Source of the DNA: Anthoceros angustus
Lineage: Eukaryota > Plantae > Anthocerotophyta
Assembly: GCA_010909165.1 (NCBI GenBank)
Contig: MU008164.1
Span: forward strand, 1,426,001-1,490,000
DNA: 64,000 nucleotides
Direction: 5' to 3'
Position numbers and translations under genes: made by a program. The notes beneath the pieces were generated by a model that was not told where the DNA came from, ran no database searches, and saw nothing but the letters and a program-made list of their open reading frames with translations. How positions within the stretch are numbered: the stretch's first letter is position 1; each line of letters begins with the position of its first letter. Positions 38,001-50,196 of the stretch are shown here, one piece after another.

Positions 38001-39415
38001 CTAAGTTTTTGCCGCCACCGTGACGGGGGTAGCTTTAGGAAGCGGCCGTGGAGGTGTATTTTTGATGTCCAACAAGCCCCGGTCCTTCAATTTTGGATCA
38101 AACCTAAGTCGCTCTTTGCAGTTTCTTAGTTTGAAGCTGGCCTCCAAATCCTTCTCTATGCGCCTGGCCACATTTTTTAAAATTTTTTCCGATGGCGGAC
38201 CAGCTGCCGCTTGAGCAAGCATCTCCTTCTCGGACTCTGCAGGACCATGGATAATGCCAAGGCACATAAGTGATAGCACACTGTCTCCAAAAGCGTTTGG
38301 TAAAAAGGACGGGAACAAACCTAGCATGAGTGGCTTGCAATCCAAAGGATTTTCCCAGATGTTCTGTTGCTCCCCGTTATCATTTCCATCGGGCACTGAA
38401 CCATTCTCAGCAATCCACTTATCCCTGATGCTTTCAAGTAAAGCACGATTCGGTTTCGTCACATGCTGCACTTTGAGGTAGAAGCATTTCATTGGCATTC
38501 GGGCGAAATGAAGACGCAAACTCGGCAAGACCTGCCAGATAGAGCCAACGGGATGAACACACAAGGCCTCCCCAGTAACACCATGTGGTGAGTTTGATGA
38601 ACAATCAATCCAACCTGCCTGGAGACGCCGATGTACTCCAAAGCCTTATCCTCGCCGAAGATGGCATAAACAGTAGCCTTGGCCTCCGGACTGCTACAGT
38701 CTGTGACTAGGCCTTCTTCTGTCAAATAAGGGATGAACTCCAAGTCCGCTAGAGAAGTCAAGTCTCCAGTGGCGCCGGCCTGCTGTCTTCTCAGAGCCTC
38801 TTGTCTCTTCCTGTATTCTTCCTGGGCCTGCCTCAAGAACACCTTCCTCTCAGCAGCTTACACTTGCAGGCAGGCGACTGCATTTCAAAACCAAATCAGC
38901 AGCTTCCGAACCTGCATTGTCATCTGCCGAGTCTGCTCGGCATGTTGATCGGCTGCTGCCAGTTTCTGTTTCCATTTAGGTTCTGCCAAGAGCACAGAAT
39001 AAGGCCAGGCTGCCTAGACACGGTTGACTCAAACCACAGCCTTGCTCACTGCTCACCTGCTGCCGACGCAAACGCTACACCGGAGCAGCTCCTCCGCACG
39101 CTCCTCCACCAATGCCCGCAACTGAAGAGCATCTGGTCGCTGCAAAACCACACATCAACAACACAGATCTGCAAATCTCACAGTTCAGCGACTCAGCCAG
39201 CCCGTGTCGCATTACCTGGGAAGACCCGATCCCAGGAGAGCAGAGGACGCTGAGCTCCACGAATCTGCCGCCGCAATCTGTTGCGCCTCATTCTTTCTGC
39301 GCTGGGAAGCCAAGAAATGCGAGGAGGAACAGGGGCCCGCAGAATTGGAACTGTAAGACGAAGCCCCGAGAGCAACCGCGGTGGCCGCCAGAGAGGAGGA
39401 CGCCGCCACAGCCAT
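38001..39415 (-). CDS. Plastid-targeted GIY-YIG-like protein (cyanobacterial type; related to the GRXS16 N-terminal domain), multi-exon
   Basis: Ser/Ala-rich transit-like exon 1 (MAVAASSSLAA); LEFIPY, VYAIF..LEYIGVSR, WIAENGSVP.GN, KNVARRIE, RFDPKLK.GLLDIK; splice sites join in frame. Confidence 0.8.
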
Positions 39416-39755
39416 TCCTCCCACCGGATCCACCATCAACTCAACTTCGTTGCTATGTGAACGGGATAAGTTTTCACCTTTCTTCCGTTATCCACTGCTT
39501 CAACGATTTCCCCCAAGGATATCACAGTTTTGGCATGTCACTCTCCAGCGTGGTATTTCCTACTTTAAAGTGTAGGTATGTCGTATCTACAGCCTACATA
39601 CCTATGTGTCCAGCTATAATTTGAAGATATCATCCACAACGCTTGTTGTGCCTTCATGGTCTCCCTAGTTCTACACGCAGAGGGCTCACTTATGAAGGGC
39701 CCATGGTGAGCCCAGCGTTCGACTTCTACATGAGTAAAGTACATTTGGTTGTTAT

Positions 39756-41447
39756 CTACATACAAATAAGAAGATCCTCTACTTTGACGCTAGTTGGTAG
39801 AGCTGCTTCGGTAAGGTGAAGCCTTGGAGGTGCGTCCTTCACAATACTGCCATGATCATAACCATCCATGAGCAGCTTACCGATCTTTCCCTTCCATTCG
39901 AAGCTGTCCCCTTCCCCCTTGTGGTAATCATGCACAACACGATCGCAGAAGTTGAGCAACGTTGCAATCCCACTGCCTCTAGTCCACCCATAGCTCTCCA
40001 GAATGACGGCCTCGTCTTCAGACAAGTGTTCGCCGACCATCAGCGGCTTGTTCTCCATCAGTGCAGCACGCCCAACACATGCATAACCCAGCACAGTCAC
40101 CAGCAGTTTCACCTGCCATCTGAAAGGTATGGTCTGCACCAACTCGAAGAAGTAGGTGGCGAAGCCATATTCTGGCCTCTCCACAACGATCCTGTTGTGC
40201 TTGACAAACACAAACAGGAAGGCGTGGAGCTGCCTGCACCAGCCCCAGTGCACAGGCCACCCCTGCCTGTTCATCTCTCTTGCCTGCTCCACCAGCGAGG
40301 CCAAGCAGCCCAGGCAATAAGGCCTAGACCTATTTCCTGCATGTGCCGATGGGATATGGATTAGACCAGAGGGAGCACCCCAAGCCGGTAGAGCTGCAAC
40401 CACATTCTCCAGCGCTTCAAAAGCCTCATCCGGAAGAGCATCCGAGTCCGCTTCATCCTCCAAACCCTCCCCGAAAAGCTGCAAACCATCTGCCAGTCCT
40501 CTTTCCCGTAATGACTCCAGCAGCCCAGGTGAGTCTTCTTCGAGTGCTGACTCCACAGAGACAGAAGCAGCAACAGAAACACGCTTTCTGCACCTTCTGC
40601 CCTGCACCTGCTGTTCTGAACGCTTGCCACGACCCCGTGCAGGCTTGGGCGCGGCTTGGCCATCTACAATGCGGCTGTCATCGTCATTTTTCCCTTCTGC
40701 TGCAGCTCCCTTCTGGTCTGCTCCCTCCCTCTTAAGATTCTGCTGCTTCCTCAGCAGGGACTGCCTCCTCACACTGAGCGGAACATCCTCTAGCCCCTGA
40801 ACAGCAGCCCGATTCTCCTCACCCCGCTCTACGAGAGACAGGTCGCCAGCCACCAGACGAACCGTACCATCGGCTACTACTCGCACCTTGTTCTCCCGAA
40901 CCGGAGCTTCCACAACCTCCACAGGCTCCGGTTTAGGTTGGAGAAATTCCTGTCCAGCAGCAGCTCCATCCTTTTCCTTCTCCTTCTCCTTGCCCTTTTC
41001 CTTCTCGTTGTCCTTTTCCTTCTCGTTGTCCTTTTCCTTTTCTTTTGCTCGTGCATGTGCCCGTCTCCACTCCAACAACCGCTTCTCCCTCGTCACCAGA
41101 CTCTGCTCCTTCAAATTCAACAACCGGGCTCTCTCTTCGAACGACTCCCGAATGGTATGCTCCCTCAGATCCAATGCAACACTCCTGGCCTCCAGCTGCT
41201 CTAACTTTTCCTTCAACTGCAGCTCGCCCATAGCCAGGGCCTTCTCCCTGCCCACGAAGGCACTCTCCAGCTGCTGCCATAGCTGCCTACAGAGCTCCCC
41301 TGCAGTTCCCTCCTTGCCAATCCCAAGCCCAATCCCATTGCCGCTGCCACTACCGTTACTCCCGCCACTGTTACTGGCCGACACGAAAGCCACCTGGGTA
41401 CCATCCATGGCACTCAGCTGACCCAGAGGCATGTCGCAACGTCCCAT
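39756..41447 (-). CDS. Intronless 563 aa protein: N-terminal coiled coil, KEKDNE low-complexity repeats, conserved-looking C-terminal domain of unknown function
   Basis: Long uninterrupted ORF; C-terminal PYCLGCL...WGWCR...NRIVVERPEYGFATYFFEL resembles an uncharacterised plant family. Confidence 0.8.
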   Translation of the reverse strand: MGRCDMPLGQLSAMDGTQVAFVSASNSGGSNGSGSGNGIGLGIGKEGTAGELCRQLWQQLESAFVGREKALAMGELQLKEKLEQLEARSVALDLREHTIRESFEERARLLNLKEQSLVTREKRLLEWRRAHARAKEKEKDNEKEKDNEKEKGKEKEKEKDGAAAGQEFLQPKPEPVEVVEAPVRENKVRVVADGTVRLVAGDLSLVERGEENRAAVQGLEDVPLSVRRQSLLRKQQNLKREGADQKGAAAEGKNDDDSRIVDGQAAPKPARGRGKRSEQQVQGRRCRKRVSVAASVSVESALEEDSPGLLESLRERGLADGLQLFGEGLEDEADSDALPDEAFEALENVVAALPAWGAPSGLIHIPSAHAGNRSRPYCLGCLASLVEQAREMNRQGWPVHWGWCRQLHAFLFVFVKHNRIVVERPEYGFATYFFELVQTIPFRWQVKLLVTVLGYACVGRAALMENKPLMVGEHLSEDEAVILESYGWTRGSGIATLLNFCDRVVHDYHKGEGDSFEWKGKIGKLLMDGYDHGSIVKDAPPRLHLTEAALPTSVKVEDLLICM

Positions 41448-41905
41448 GACCGTCCTTTCCTGCCCTCTTCCGTCCCGTCTCGTGCTTGTGCCTTAGCTGC
41501 GCATATGGACCTGCTCGTCTCTCATCCGCCTCCAGCTCATCCACTTCAGGCTCGATACATCCCAACAAACACGACATCCCCACGAGATGGCATGACGGGG
41601 ATCCATCCTCCACTCCCCGTCAACCTGCAACTACAATTCCCAACGTGCAGTTGCCAGCACGAGGAACTTATGTGCGTTGCACGGGGTCGCCATTTCTCTG
41701 CAAAAACCCACGCCTATCTTGGCTGCATCAGTAGAGCAAGGGCAACGGCCAGAAGGCAAGTCCAAACCGGGAAATGCGGATTCCCCATCCATTCTAAACG
41801 CAATGCCCAGGGTGCGCTAAAACTCTAGTCTCGGCCGCATAAGGACTAGGATGGGGAGCTTGCTCGCTTTAACTTCTTACGCACTCTCTATCGGGCACCC
41901 CTATT

Positions 41906-42245
41906 GTAAAAATTGTTCTGTAGGGAAAAAATTCGATAGGAAAAGCCCATCTGGCAGAGGACAACCAAGGCAAACCCCGAAGGTCGTGGTGAAAAGGAAC
42001 ATCTAAGCTCACTACTGAAAGTCACCAACTGCATCTACAATATCGAAAGCGGGAAGAATAAATGGCCTACAAACAAAGGACGAGGATGATGCATCACCTG
42101 CTGTTGCCGCTCTATGTATGATCGCTGTGGAAAGAGCCCATTGAAGGGCAATTAAGAACCGTTGGTTGAAGAACGCCGTGAAGCAAGAAAGGGACAGCCC
42201 CACACCGTACCTGCGGGCATGATAAGCCTTGGCGCAGGACTTGCA
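41906..42245 (-). mobile_element. 5'-truncated CRE-like non-LTR retrotransposon with 10-bp target-site duplication CACCCCTATT (41896-41905 / 42246-42255)
   Basis: Encodes the RLE C-terminus (FFNQRFLIALQWALSTAII); 3' UTR shared with the 42735 and 43995 copies; exact flanking direct repeat. Confidence 0.85.
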
Positions 42246-44580
42246 CACCCCTATTCAGTGAGTTTAGGTTTGACGACTTCGTAAGAACCATACTTTTATG
42301 AAATTCCTTCCTCCCCTCCTCTTGACCCTATCGATCTCGAGAGCGTTTTTATCCTTTTATTGAAAGAAGTATGGGGCATTTGAACTCGTACAAAAAAAAC
42401 AAAACAAAACAACCATAGCAATAGGATGAAAAGGTAGCCTTTTTACACAAGACAACAATAACAATGGGATGAAAAGTAGCCTCTAACCGAACCACAACAA
42501 TAATGGGATGAAAAGGTAGCCTTCTTACAAAGAATCACAACATCAATGGGATGAAAAGAGAGTTGCTCCACCAACTCTTTGTGTTATTAGTCTTTGCCAC
42601 GGATCTCTGCATCCACAGTTGACAAGATTAGTTGGGTTCGTTTGTATAAGGTGTGTGTTTTCAGCTGGTCCTCTTCTATTAACAAATGTATCTTATCATC
42701 TAATCTCTTTATCTATCTAACGAACTATCTTTTGAAATAAATTTTATGAGGGGAAAGAATTTGTTATGAAAAGCCCATCTGGTAGAGGATAACCAAGGCA
42801 CACCATGAGAGTCGCGGTGAAAAAGAGCAGCTGAGCTTCCTACCATAAGTCACCAATTGTGCCTACAATGTCAAATGCGGGAAGAGTAAACGGCCTACAA
42901 ACAACAGAGGAAGAGGAGGATGCATCCCCTGCTATCACCATTCTGTGGATGATCGCTGTGGAAAGGGCCCGTTGAAGGGCAATTGAGACGTGCTGTCTAA
43001 AGAACGCCGTGAAGTAGGAAAGGGACAGCCCCGAACCGTGCCTACGAGCACGGGCATGATAAACTTTAGCGCAGGACTTGATAAATGTATCAAAATCCTT
43101 AGTCATTGCCCCATATGTTTCAAGAGCGAGAGGAATGAATTGGTGGCCGCTTGCATCCCTTTATATTTCTTGACTTTGAGAGCCATCACCCTAGCAGTAG
43201 CCATCTTGGATGGTTAATGATCATCTGCAGAGATGGTGTCGCATGCGGGATGAGTGACCACCACATCCGATCAAACGTGGTCACCATGAATGAGGTCGGC
43301 CGATTGGCCGACCTATCGAAAGCGGGAAGAATAAATGGCCTACAAACAAAGGAGGCGAGGATGATGCATCACTGCTGTTGCTCTATGTATGATCGCTGGA
43401 AAGAGCCCATTGAAGGGCAATTAAGAACCGTTGGTTGAAGAACGCCGTGAAGCAAGAAGACGACTGCCGTGATACTGGGCATGATAAGCCTTGGCGCAGG
43501 ACTTGCACACCCCTATTCGGAGTTTAGGTTTGACGACTTCGTAAGAACCATACTTTTATGAAATTCCTTCCTCCCCTCCTCTTGACCCTATCGATCTCGA
43601 GAGCGTTTTTATCCTTTTATTGAAAGAAGTATGGGGCATTTGAACTCGTACAAAAAAAACAAAACAAAACAACCATAGCAATAGGATGAAAAGGTAGCCT
43701 TTTTACACAAGACAACAATAACAATGGGATGAAAAGTAGCCCTCTAACACTGAACCACAACAGTAATGGGATGAAAAGGTAGCCTTCTTACAAAGAATCA
43801 CAACATCAATGGGATGAAAAGAGAGTTGCTCCACCAACTCTTTGTGTTGTTAGTGCTGCACGGATCTCTGCTGTCCCTGGTTGACAAGATTAGTTGGGTT
43901 CGTTTGTATAAGGTGTGTGTTTTCAGCTGGTCCTCTTCTATTAACAAATGTATCTTATCATCTAATCTCTTTATCTATCTAACGAACTATCTTTTGAAAT
44001 AAATTTTATGAGGGGAAAGAATTTGTTATGAAAAGCCCATCTGGTAGAGGATAACCAAGGCACACCATGAGAGTCGCGGTGAAAAAGAGCAGCTGAGCTT
44101 CCTACCATAAGTCACCAATTGTGCCTACAATGTCAAATGCGGAAGAGTAAACGCCTACAAACAGGAGGAAGAGGAGGATGCATCCCCTGCTATCACCATT
44201 CTGTGGATGATCGCTGTGGAAAGGGCCCGTTGAAGGGCAATTGAGACGTGCTGTCTAAAGAACGCCGTGAAGTAGGAAAGGGACAGCCCCGAACCGTGCC
44301 TACGAGCACGGGCATGATAAACTTTAGCGCAGGACTTGATAAATGTATCAAAATCCTTAGTCATTGCCCCATATGTTTCAAGAGCGAGAGGAATGAATTG
44401 GTCGCCCGCTTGCATCCCTTTATATTTCTTGACTTTGAGAGCCATCACCCCAACAGTAGCCCATCTTGGATGGTTAATGATCATCTGCGCAGAGATGGTG
44501 TCGCATGCAGGATGAGTGACCACCACATCCGCGACCGAAACGTGGTCACCATGAATGAGGTACAAGTCAGCCCTGATTGA
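42040..44580. repeat. ~1.26 kb tandem duplication (42040-43310 vs 43315-44580)
   Basis: Identical blocks, e.g. lines 42301 vs 43561 and 42781 vs 44043. Confidence 0.9.
42410..42562. repeat. Four-copy minisatellite CAAYAATGGGATGAAAAGGTAGCC (duplicated at ~43670-43825)
   Basis: GGATGAAAA motif at ~42424, 42467, 42506 and 42549. Confidence 0.75.
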
Positions 44581-45945
44581 CCGACCTATGCGAAGAGTGT
44601 ACCCTCTCTCCCTTCAGGCCACGTAGCCACTTTCGTAGGCTGTGGCAAATATGATATCACGGATGGCGTCATGGGTAGTGATGCGATGACCCCATGGGGA
44701 CAACGAGCAGGGTGAGTCCCAGAGTCGACGAGGGCAGAGTCGCACTCATAGGTGAGGAGGGAAGAAGCCACAGGTAGAGCAGGCCAAGACAGAATCGCAT
44801 CGCAGTAGAGAAGGTGGTTGGTGCGATGTGAAAACCCCATATACATGGACGAGCTAAGAGCCAGGCGCCTGCGCCCTTCCCAGAGCAAGAGCAAAACCGA
44901 ACCTGTGTGGACCTGGGGATGGAGGGGTCTAGGAGGACGGATTGGAAAGCCTGGCCAAGCTGCTTCTCGAGCAAAGACACTTGCAAACCCCTGGAACCAT
45001 CGGGATAAATGTCGTAAAAGGGGAGAAGTCATGCCCCACATCTACTGAAAACATATTCCTAGCCTGCCTCAAGGACACTTGGAGAGGGAAGGTTCCCTCC
45101 TCCATTCCTAAAACAAAACCCTCTAGAAATGGCCTGTCGGAGAGGTGAAGCAGGACGCCAAAGCACGGGCGAGAGGGGCTAAAAGCAGGCAAAGATGACC
45201 TATATTGAGCAATGGCGAAGAGCACCACCGTGAGGGTCACTTTGCCTACCTATGCGATTCCAAGACAAAAGGCGTCAAATCGCGATGACACATTCTTGTG
45301 CTGATAGTGGAGGGTAAAAGACCTTCCGTAGAAGGGCTCGACAAAAGGGATAAGGCTCCCAAAGATGCCATTAGCCTCCTTGAGCTCCTCAAAGATGACA
45401 CCTCTGGAGATTGTATTGAAGGCGTTCCCAACATCCACCTATAATACCACCCACTTCGGGTGGGTGTCAAGGCATGCCTTCACTCCAAATACCATGGACT
45501 CGCAACCCCACAATGGCTATGCTAAAGCAAGGGGATTAAGGTGCTATTGGAGAAGGGAGCAGCACTAGAGAGCAATAGTATGGGAGGAGGGCTGAGGCCT
45601 CCCAAATGCAAGCGGATGCACACTAGAGGAGGCAGGCTTGTCCATGGCAATAAATCGGTAGGATGGCATCCTTTGGGGTAGGATATAGGGCACAAAGGGC
45701 CACAATGGTGTCCTCCGAAACAGGGGCCAAAGGAAGGGGGAGAAGAGCCGGCGATGGGCATATTAACCCGCTTGGCTAACCAACTTACAACGCCACAGTT
45801 GGCCGCATTCTACTTTTGTTCTAATCGTCTTGAATCCACAAAAGCCTTGGAAGCACGCAAACCCTCCTCCTGGAGAGATGCCCATTTGCTAGCCCGAAAA
45901 CGGCGAAGATGACTTGCTAGTTTCACGTTCAGGTGTGTATGGATC
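43995..45945 (-). mobile_element. Degenerate CRE-like non-LTR retrotransposon: RT + Cys/His knuckle + restriction-like endonuclease
   Basis: DVGNAFNTISR, GTRQSDPLGGALF-type RT motifs; GAGAWLLA, C.C..D..G.H..RC knuckle; RADL, VADVVVTHP, KVKKY, FIPLALETYG, VSIALQR. Confidence 0.85.
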
Positions 45946-48880
45946 TTCTCATATCAATAAACTAACTTAAAACTCCACATTAACATTCAAAGGGGCAGAG
46001 TATACAACGCCCCTCCTAGGAAAATTGCCACCCCTTGGTCATTTCGGCACGGTAACTGTTTGACCCTTGAAGGTGTATAGGTTTGTAAATGACATTGTCC
46101 GCGACACGTGAACAAATAGGTTAGAGTGCCAACTTTTTTGATGGTTCTCATGGAGCCAAGGTGTCAGGGCACTGGCATGTGGGCGACGGCCTCATACATC
46201 TATTTATGACTTATGTCACTTGCATGATTAGTCACAACAATTTAAAGGCAAAAAACAAACAAATGAAAAGTACTAGAGACCACCGGCATGCTATTGTTCT
46301 CTTCAAGCGAGAAACTAAAACTCCTCTCACATAGTATCTCATTCAAAATCCTAGAATGAAACCAAAGCGATTGTGGGAGGGACCGGTGCCTCGGTGCCTT
46401 CATTATCCAACACTTGTGAGTATCGAGGCCAAAATAATTAGCACATGCTAGTATTCATTCAAGTCATGTACTAATACTTCACACTTCCTCAAACCACCCA
46501 CCAACCACTACATACATACCAAATGCAACCAACTTAAAAAGCGCTTTTGAAACCCAACTTGAAAAGCTTAATCGTGAGCGAAGAGTTTGAGCTTTTAGTT
46601 TCTAGCCTTGAACTTGGGACTTCTAGTTTCTAGCCCTTGTTACAAACCATTGTAGTAATACAACAACAACATGGTATTTATATGTCCACATACTTTGAAG
46701 TTACTACCTTACATAGCAATGCTGTGTATATATACAATATGCCAGCACCCTCATGCTCTTATGATCCCTCGTGCCCTCATGGGTGGGGTCGATCATGCAC
46801 ACCATGGACAAGCAGCGTGGACATGCGTACATATCCTTCTTTTGCCCTACACCATGTAAAGTTCCTTAATTTAGTTTGTGGAACACCCTCTTTTGCTATG
46901 TTTTTCGAGCAAAGACACTTGCAAACCCCTGGAACCATCGGGATAAATGTCGTAAAAGGGGAGAAGTCATGCCCCACATCTACTGAAAACATATTCCTAG
47001 CCTGCCTCAAGGACACTTGGAGAGGGAAGGTTCCCTCCTCCATTCCTAAAACAAAACCCTCTAGAAATGGCCTGTCGGAGAGGTGAAGCAGGACGCCAAA
47101 GCACGGGCAGAGAGGGGCTAAAGCACGGGCAAAGATGACCTATATTGAGCAATGGCGAAGAGAGCACCACCCAGAGGGTCACTTTGCCTGGTACCTATGC
47201 CCGATTCCAAGACAAAGACGTCAAATCGCGATGACACATTCTTGTGCTGATAGTGGAGGGTAAAAGACCTTCCGTAGAAGGGCTCGACAAAAGGGATAAG
47301 GCTCCCAAAGATGCCATTAGCCTCCTTGAGCTCCTCAAAGATGACACCTCTGGAGATTGTATTGAAGGCGTTCCCAACATCCACCTATAATACCACCCAC
47401 TTCGGGTGGGTGTCAAGGCATGCCTTCACTCCAAATACCATGGACTCGCAACCCCCCACAATGGCTATGCTAAACTGAAGGGGATTAAGGTGCTATTGGA
47501 GAAGGGAGCAGCACTAGAGAGCAATAGTATGGCTGAGGAGCTGCATGAGGGCCTCCCCAAATGCAAACGGATGCACACTAGAGGAGGGGGCAGGCTTGTC
47601 CATGGCAATAAATCGGTAGGATGGCATCCTTTGGGGTAGGATATAGGGCACAAAGGGCCACAATGGTGTCCTCCGAAACAGGGGCCAAAGGAAGGGGGAG
47701 AAGAGCCCTGGCAGCATGGGCATATTAACCCGCTTGGCTAACCAACTTACAACGCCACAGGTTGGCCGCATTCCCTACTTTTTGTTCTAATCGTTGTGCT
47801 GAATCCACAAAAGCCTTGGAAGCACGCAAACCCTCCTCCTGGAGAGATGCCCATTTGCTAGCCCGAAAACGGCGAAGATGACTTGCTAGTTTCACGTTCA
47901 GGTGTGTATGGATCTTCTCATATCAATAAACTAACTTAAAACTCCACATTAACATTCAAAGGCGAGTATACAACGCCCCTCCTAGGAAAAATTGCCACCC
48001 CTTGGTCATTTCGACGATCGCTTTGACCCTTGAAGGTGTATAGGTTTGTAAATGACATTGTCATGAACGTGAACAAATAGGTTAGAGTGCCAACTTTTTT
48101 GATGGTTCTCATGGAGCCAAGGTGTCAGGGCACTGGCATGTGGGCGACGGCCTCATACATCTATTTATGACTTATGTCACTTGCATGATTAGTCACAACA
48201 ATTTAAAGGCAAAAAACAAACAAATGAAAAGTACTAGAGACCACCGGCATGCTATTGTTCTCTTCAAACGAGAAACTAAAACTCCTCATACACATAGTAT
48301 CTCATTCAAAATCCTAGAATGAAACCAAACAGTGTGGGAGGGACCGGTGCCTCGGTGCCTTCATTATCCAACACTTGTGAGTATGCAGGCCAAAATAATT
48401 AGCACATGCTAGTATTCAGTTCAAGTCATGTACTAATACTTCACACTTCCCTCAAACCACCCCACCAACCACTACATACATACCAAAATGCAACCAACTT
48501 AAAAAACGCGCTTTTGAAACCCAACTTGAAAAGCTTAATGCTGTAGACGAAGAGTTTGAGCTTTTAGTTTCTAGCCTTGAACTTGGGACTTCTAGTTTCT
48601 AGCCCTTGTTACAAACCATTGTAGTAATACAACAACAACATGGTATTTATATGTCCACATACTTTGAAGTTACTACCTTACATAGCAATGCTGTGTATAT
48701 ATACAATATGCCAGCACCCTCATGCTCTTATGATCCCTCGTGCCCTCATGGGTGGGGTCGATCATGCACACCATGGACAAACGCGTGGACAGCTATGCGT
48801 ACATATCCTTCTTTTGCCCTACACCATGTAAAGTTCCTTAATTTAGTTTGTGGAACACCCTCTTTTTTGCTATGTTTTCG
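44966..48880. repeat. ~1.95 kb tandem duplication (44966-46905 vs 46905-48880) including the 5' RT part of the CRE-like element
   Basis: ORFs 45250-45438 vs 47118-47384 and 46637.. vs 48606.. are duplicates. Confidence 0.9.
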
Positions 48881-50071
48881 CAGCGGCTAAGCAAAATACC
48901 ATATTTGTGCCCATTGTGCCACCGCTTAGCTGTATAAGAGGGGGAAACGCCAACTCCTCTTTATTTCGCCCCTTTGAATATTATGATGTTTTTGCTAGAG
49001 TTTTCAAAAAATAATTTCTTAAGTGATGAAAGACTTCATAAATGTTAGAACTGTGACTCCACATGGCCAGAGCTACTCCACCTGATCAACAAAAATTTAG
49101 CAGACTCAAAAGTAGAGACAATAGATAGATGCCGTGTACAATAACACCACCGCTGAGATGAGTACCACTCTTAGTACAACTAAGTACAGATATCACTCTA
49201 GGTCTAATCAAGGAATACTACTATTGGTATGAAAGTGTACTACGTATATAGGCCTTGGGTTTGGGACAATCAAGATTATGACCGTACTCTCCACATATGC
49301 ATTATGACCCTACTCTTAATATACGCAATATCATATCAAACTAAGATAAGTGAATGAAGCTTGAATCGTGGCATTAAAGAATGCGATCAAGAAGTGGAGA
49401 ACTATGTAAAATTTTCTCAAGATTCCTCAATCTACACTATACAAGTCAGAAATGCAAAAAGGAAATTGAAGAAGTCACACAAAAGCACAAGTCTAAAATA
49501 CAAAAAGGAAACTCAAGATTTATGACGGAAGAACTCGTATGGGAGTCCTTCGGGACGAGCAATCTTTGGTTACCCCAATTAAATTTGGGAACCTCAAATC
49601 AGCAAATTAACGGTTCGAGTCACTGGCACTGCAAACACATTCCATATCATATCTTCTCACATCAGATGTAAACTTTTCAGCAAATCCAGCAGCGTCCCAT
49701 AAGAGGACACCCTGACTAATGGTAACTACATCCACAAACATTGATGCGAAAAGAGGATCCGCAACAAGACCACATAATTAAGACCACACAATTACATACC
49801 CAGGTAATCTGAACTTATTGCTTGGTTTCACGATTATCCCGAGTCATGAAAAATTAATTACACAGAAGAAGTATATTATATATAATCCACTTGGACGGAA
49901 ATTTTCCAGTCACGTACTAAAAATCATCAATCATCCCGATCGCTCGCTCTGTAAACCAGACAGCGTAACCGACCGTCTATACTTTAACGGGTTACGGGGA
50001 CCTCCGGTTACGATCACAGACTCGATTACTGGGCCTTCCTCCTCATGCCCCCTCCTGGGATGTTTCAGGAA

Positions 50072-50080
50072 TTAGGGTTT
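50072..50080. promoter_or_regulatory. telo-box (TTAGGGTTT) with nearby site II-like TGGGCC upstream of the Tim17-like gene
   Basis: Exact motif ~120 bp upstream of the ATG; TGGGCC at ~50030. Confidence 0.5.
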
Positions 50081-50196
50081 AGGCTGTGGGCTAAAAGGAT
50101 TGGCCAGGCTGCTGCAAATCGAGGATCGAGGAGTTGCAGCAAGAGAACGGTTTCCTGTCTAGCCTGTACGCAACAATTAACATATCTGGTGTAGGT

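Noticed and set aside
42410-42562. CRISPR-like repeat/spacer appearance
   Set aside because: The repeats are degenerate, the spacers are short and similar to each other, there are no cas genes and the context is eukaryotic; this is a minisatellite.
49605-49630. B-box-like GGTTCGAGTC suggesting a tRNA or SINE
   Set aside because: No A-box or cloverleaf could be built.
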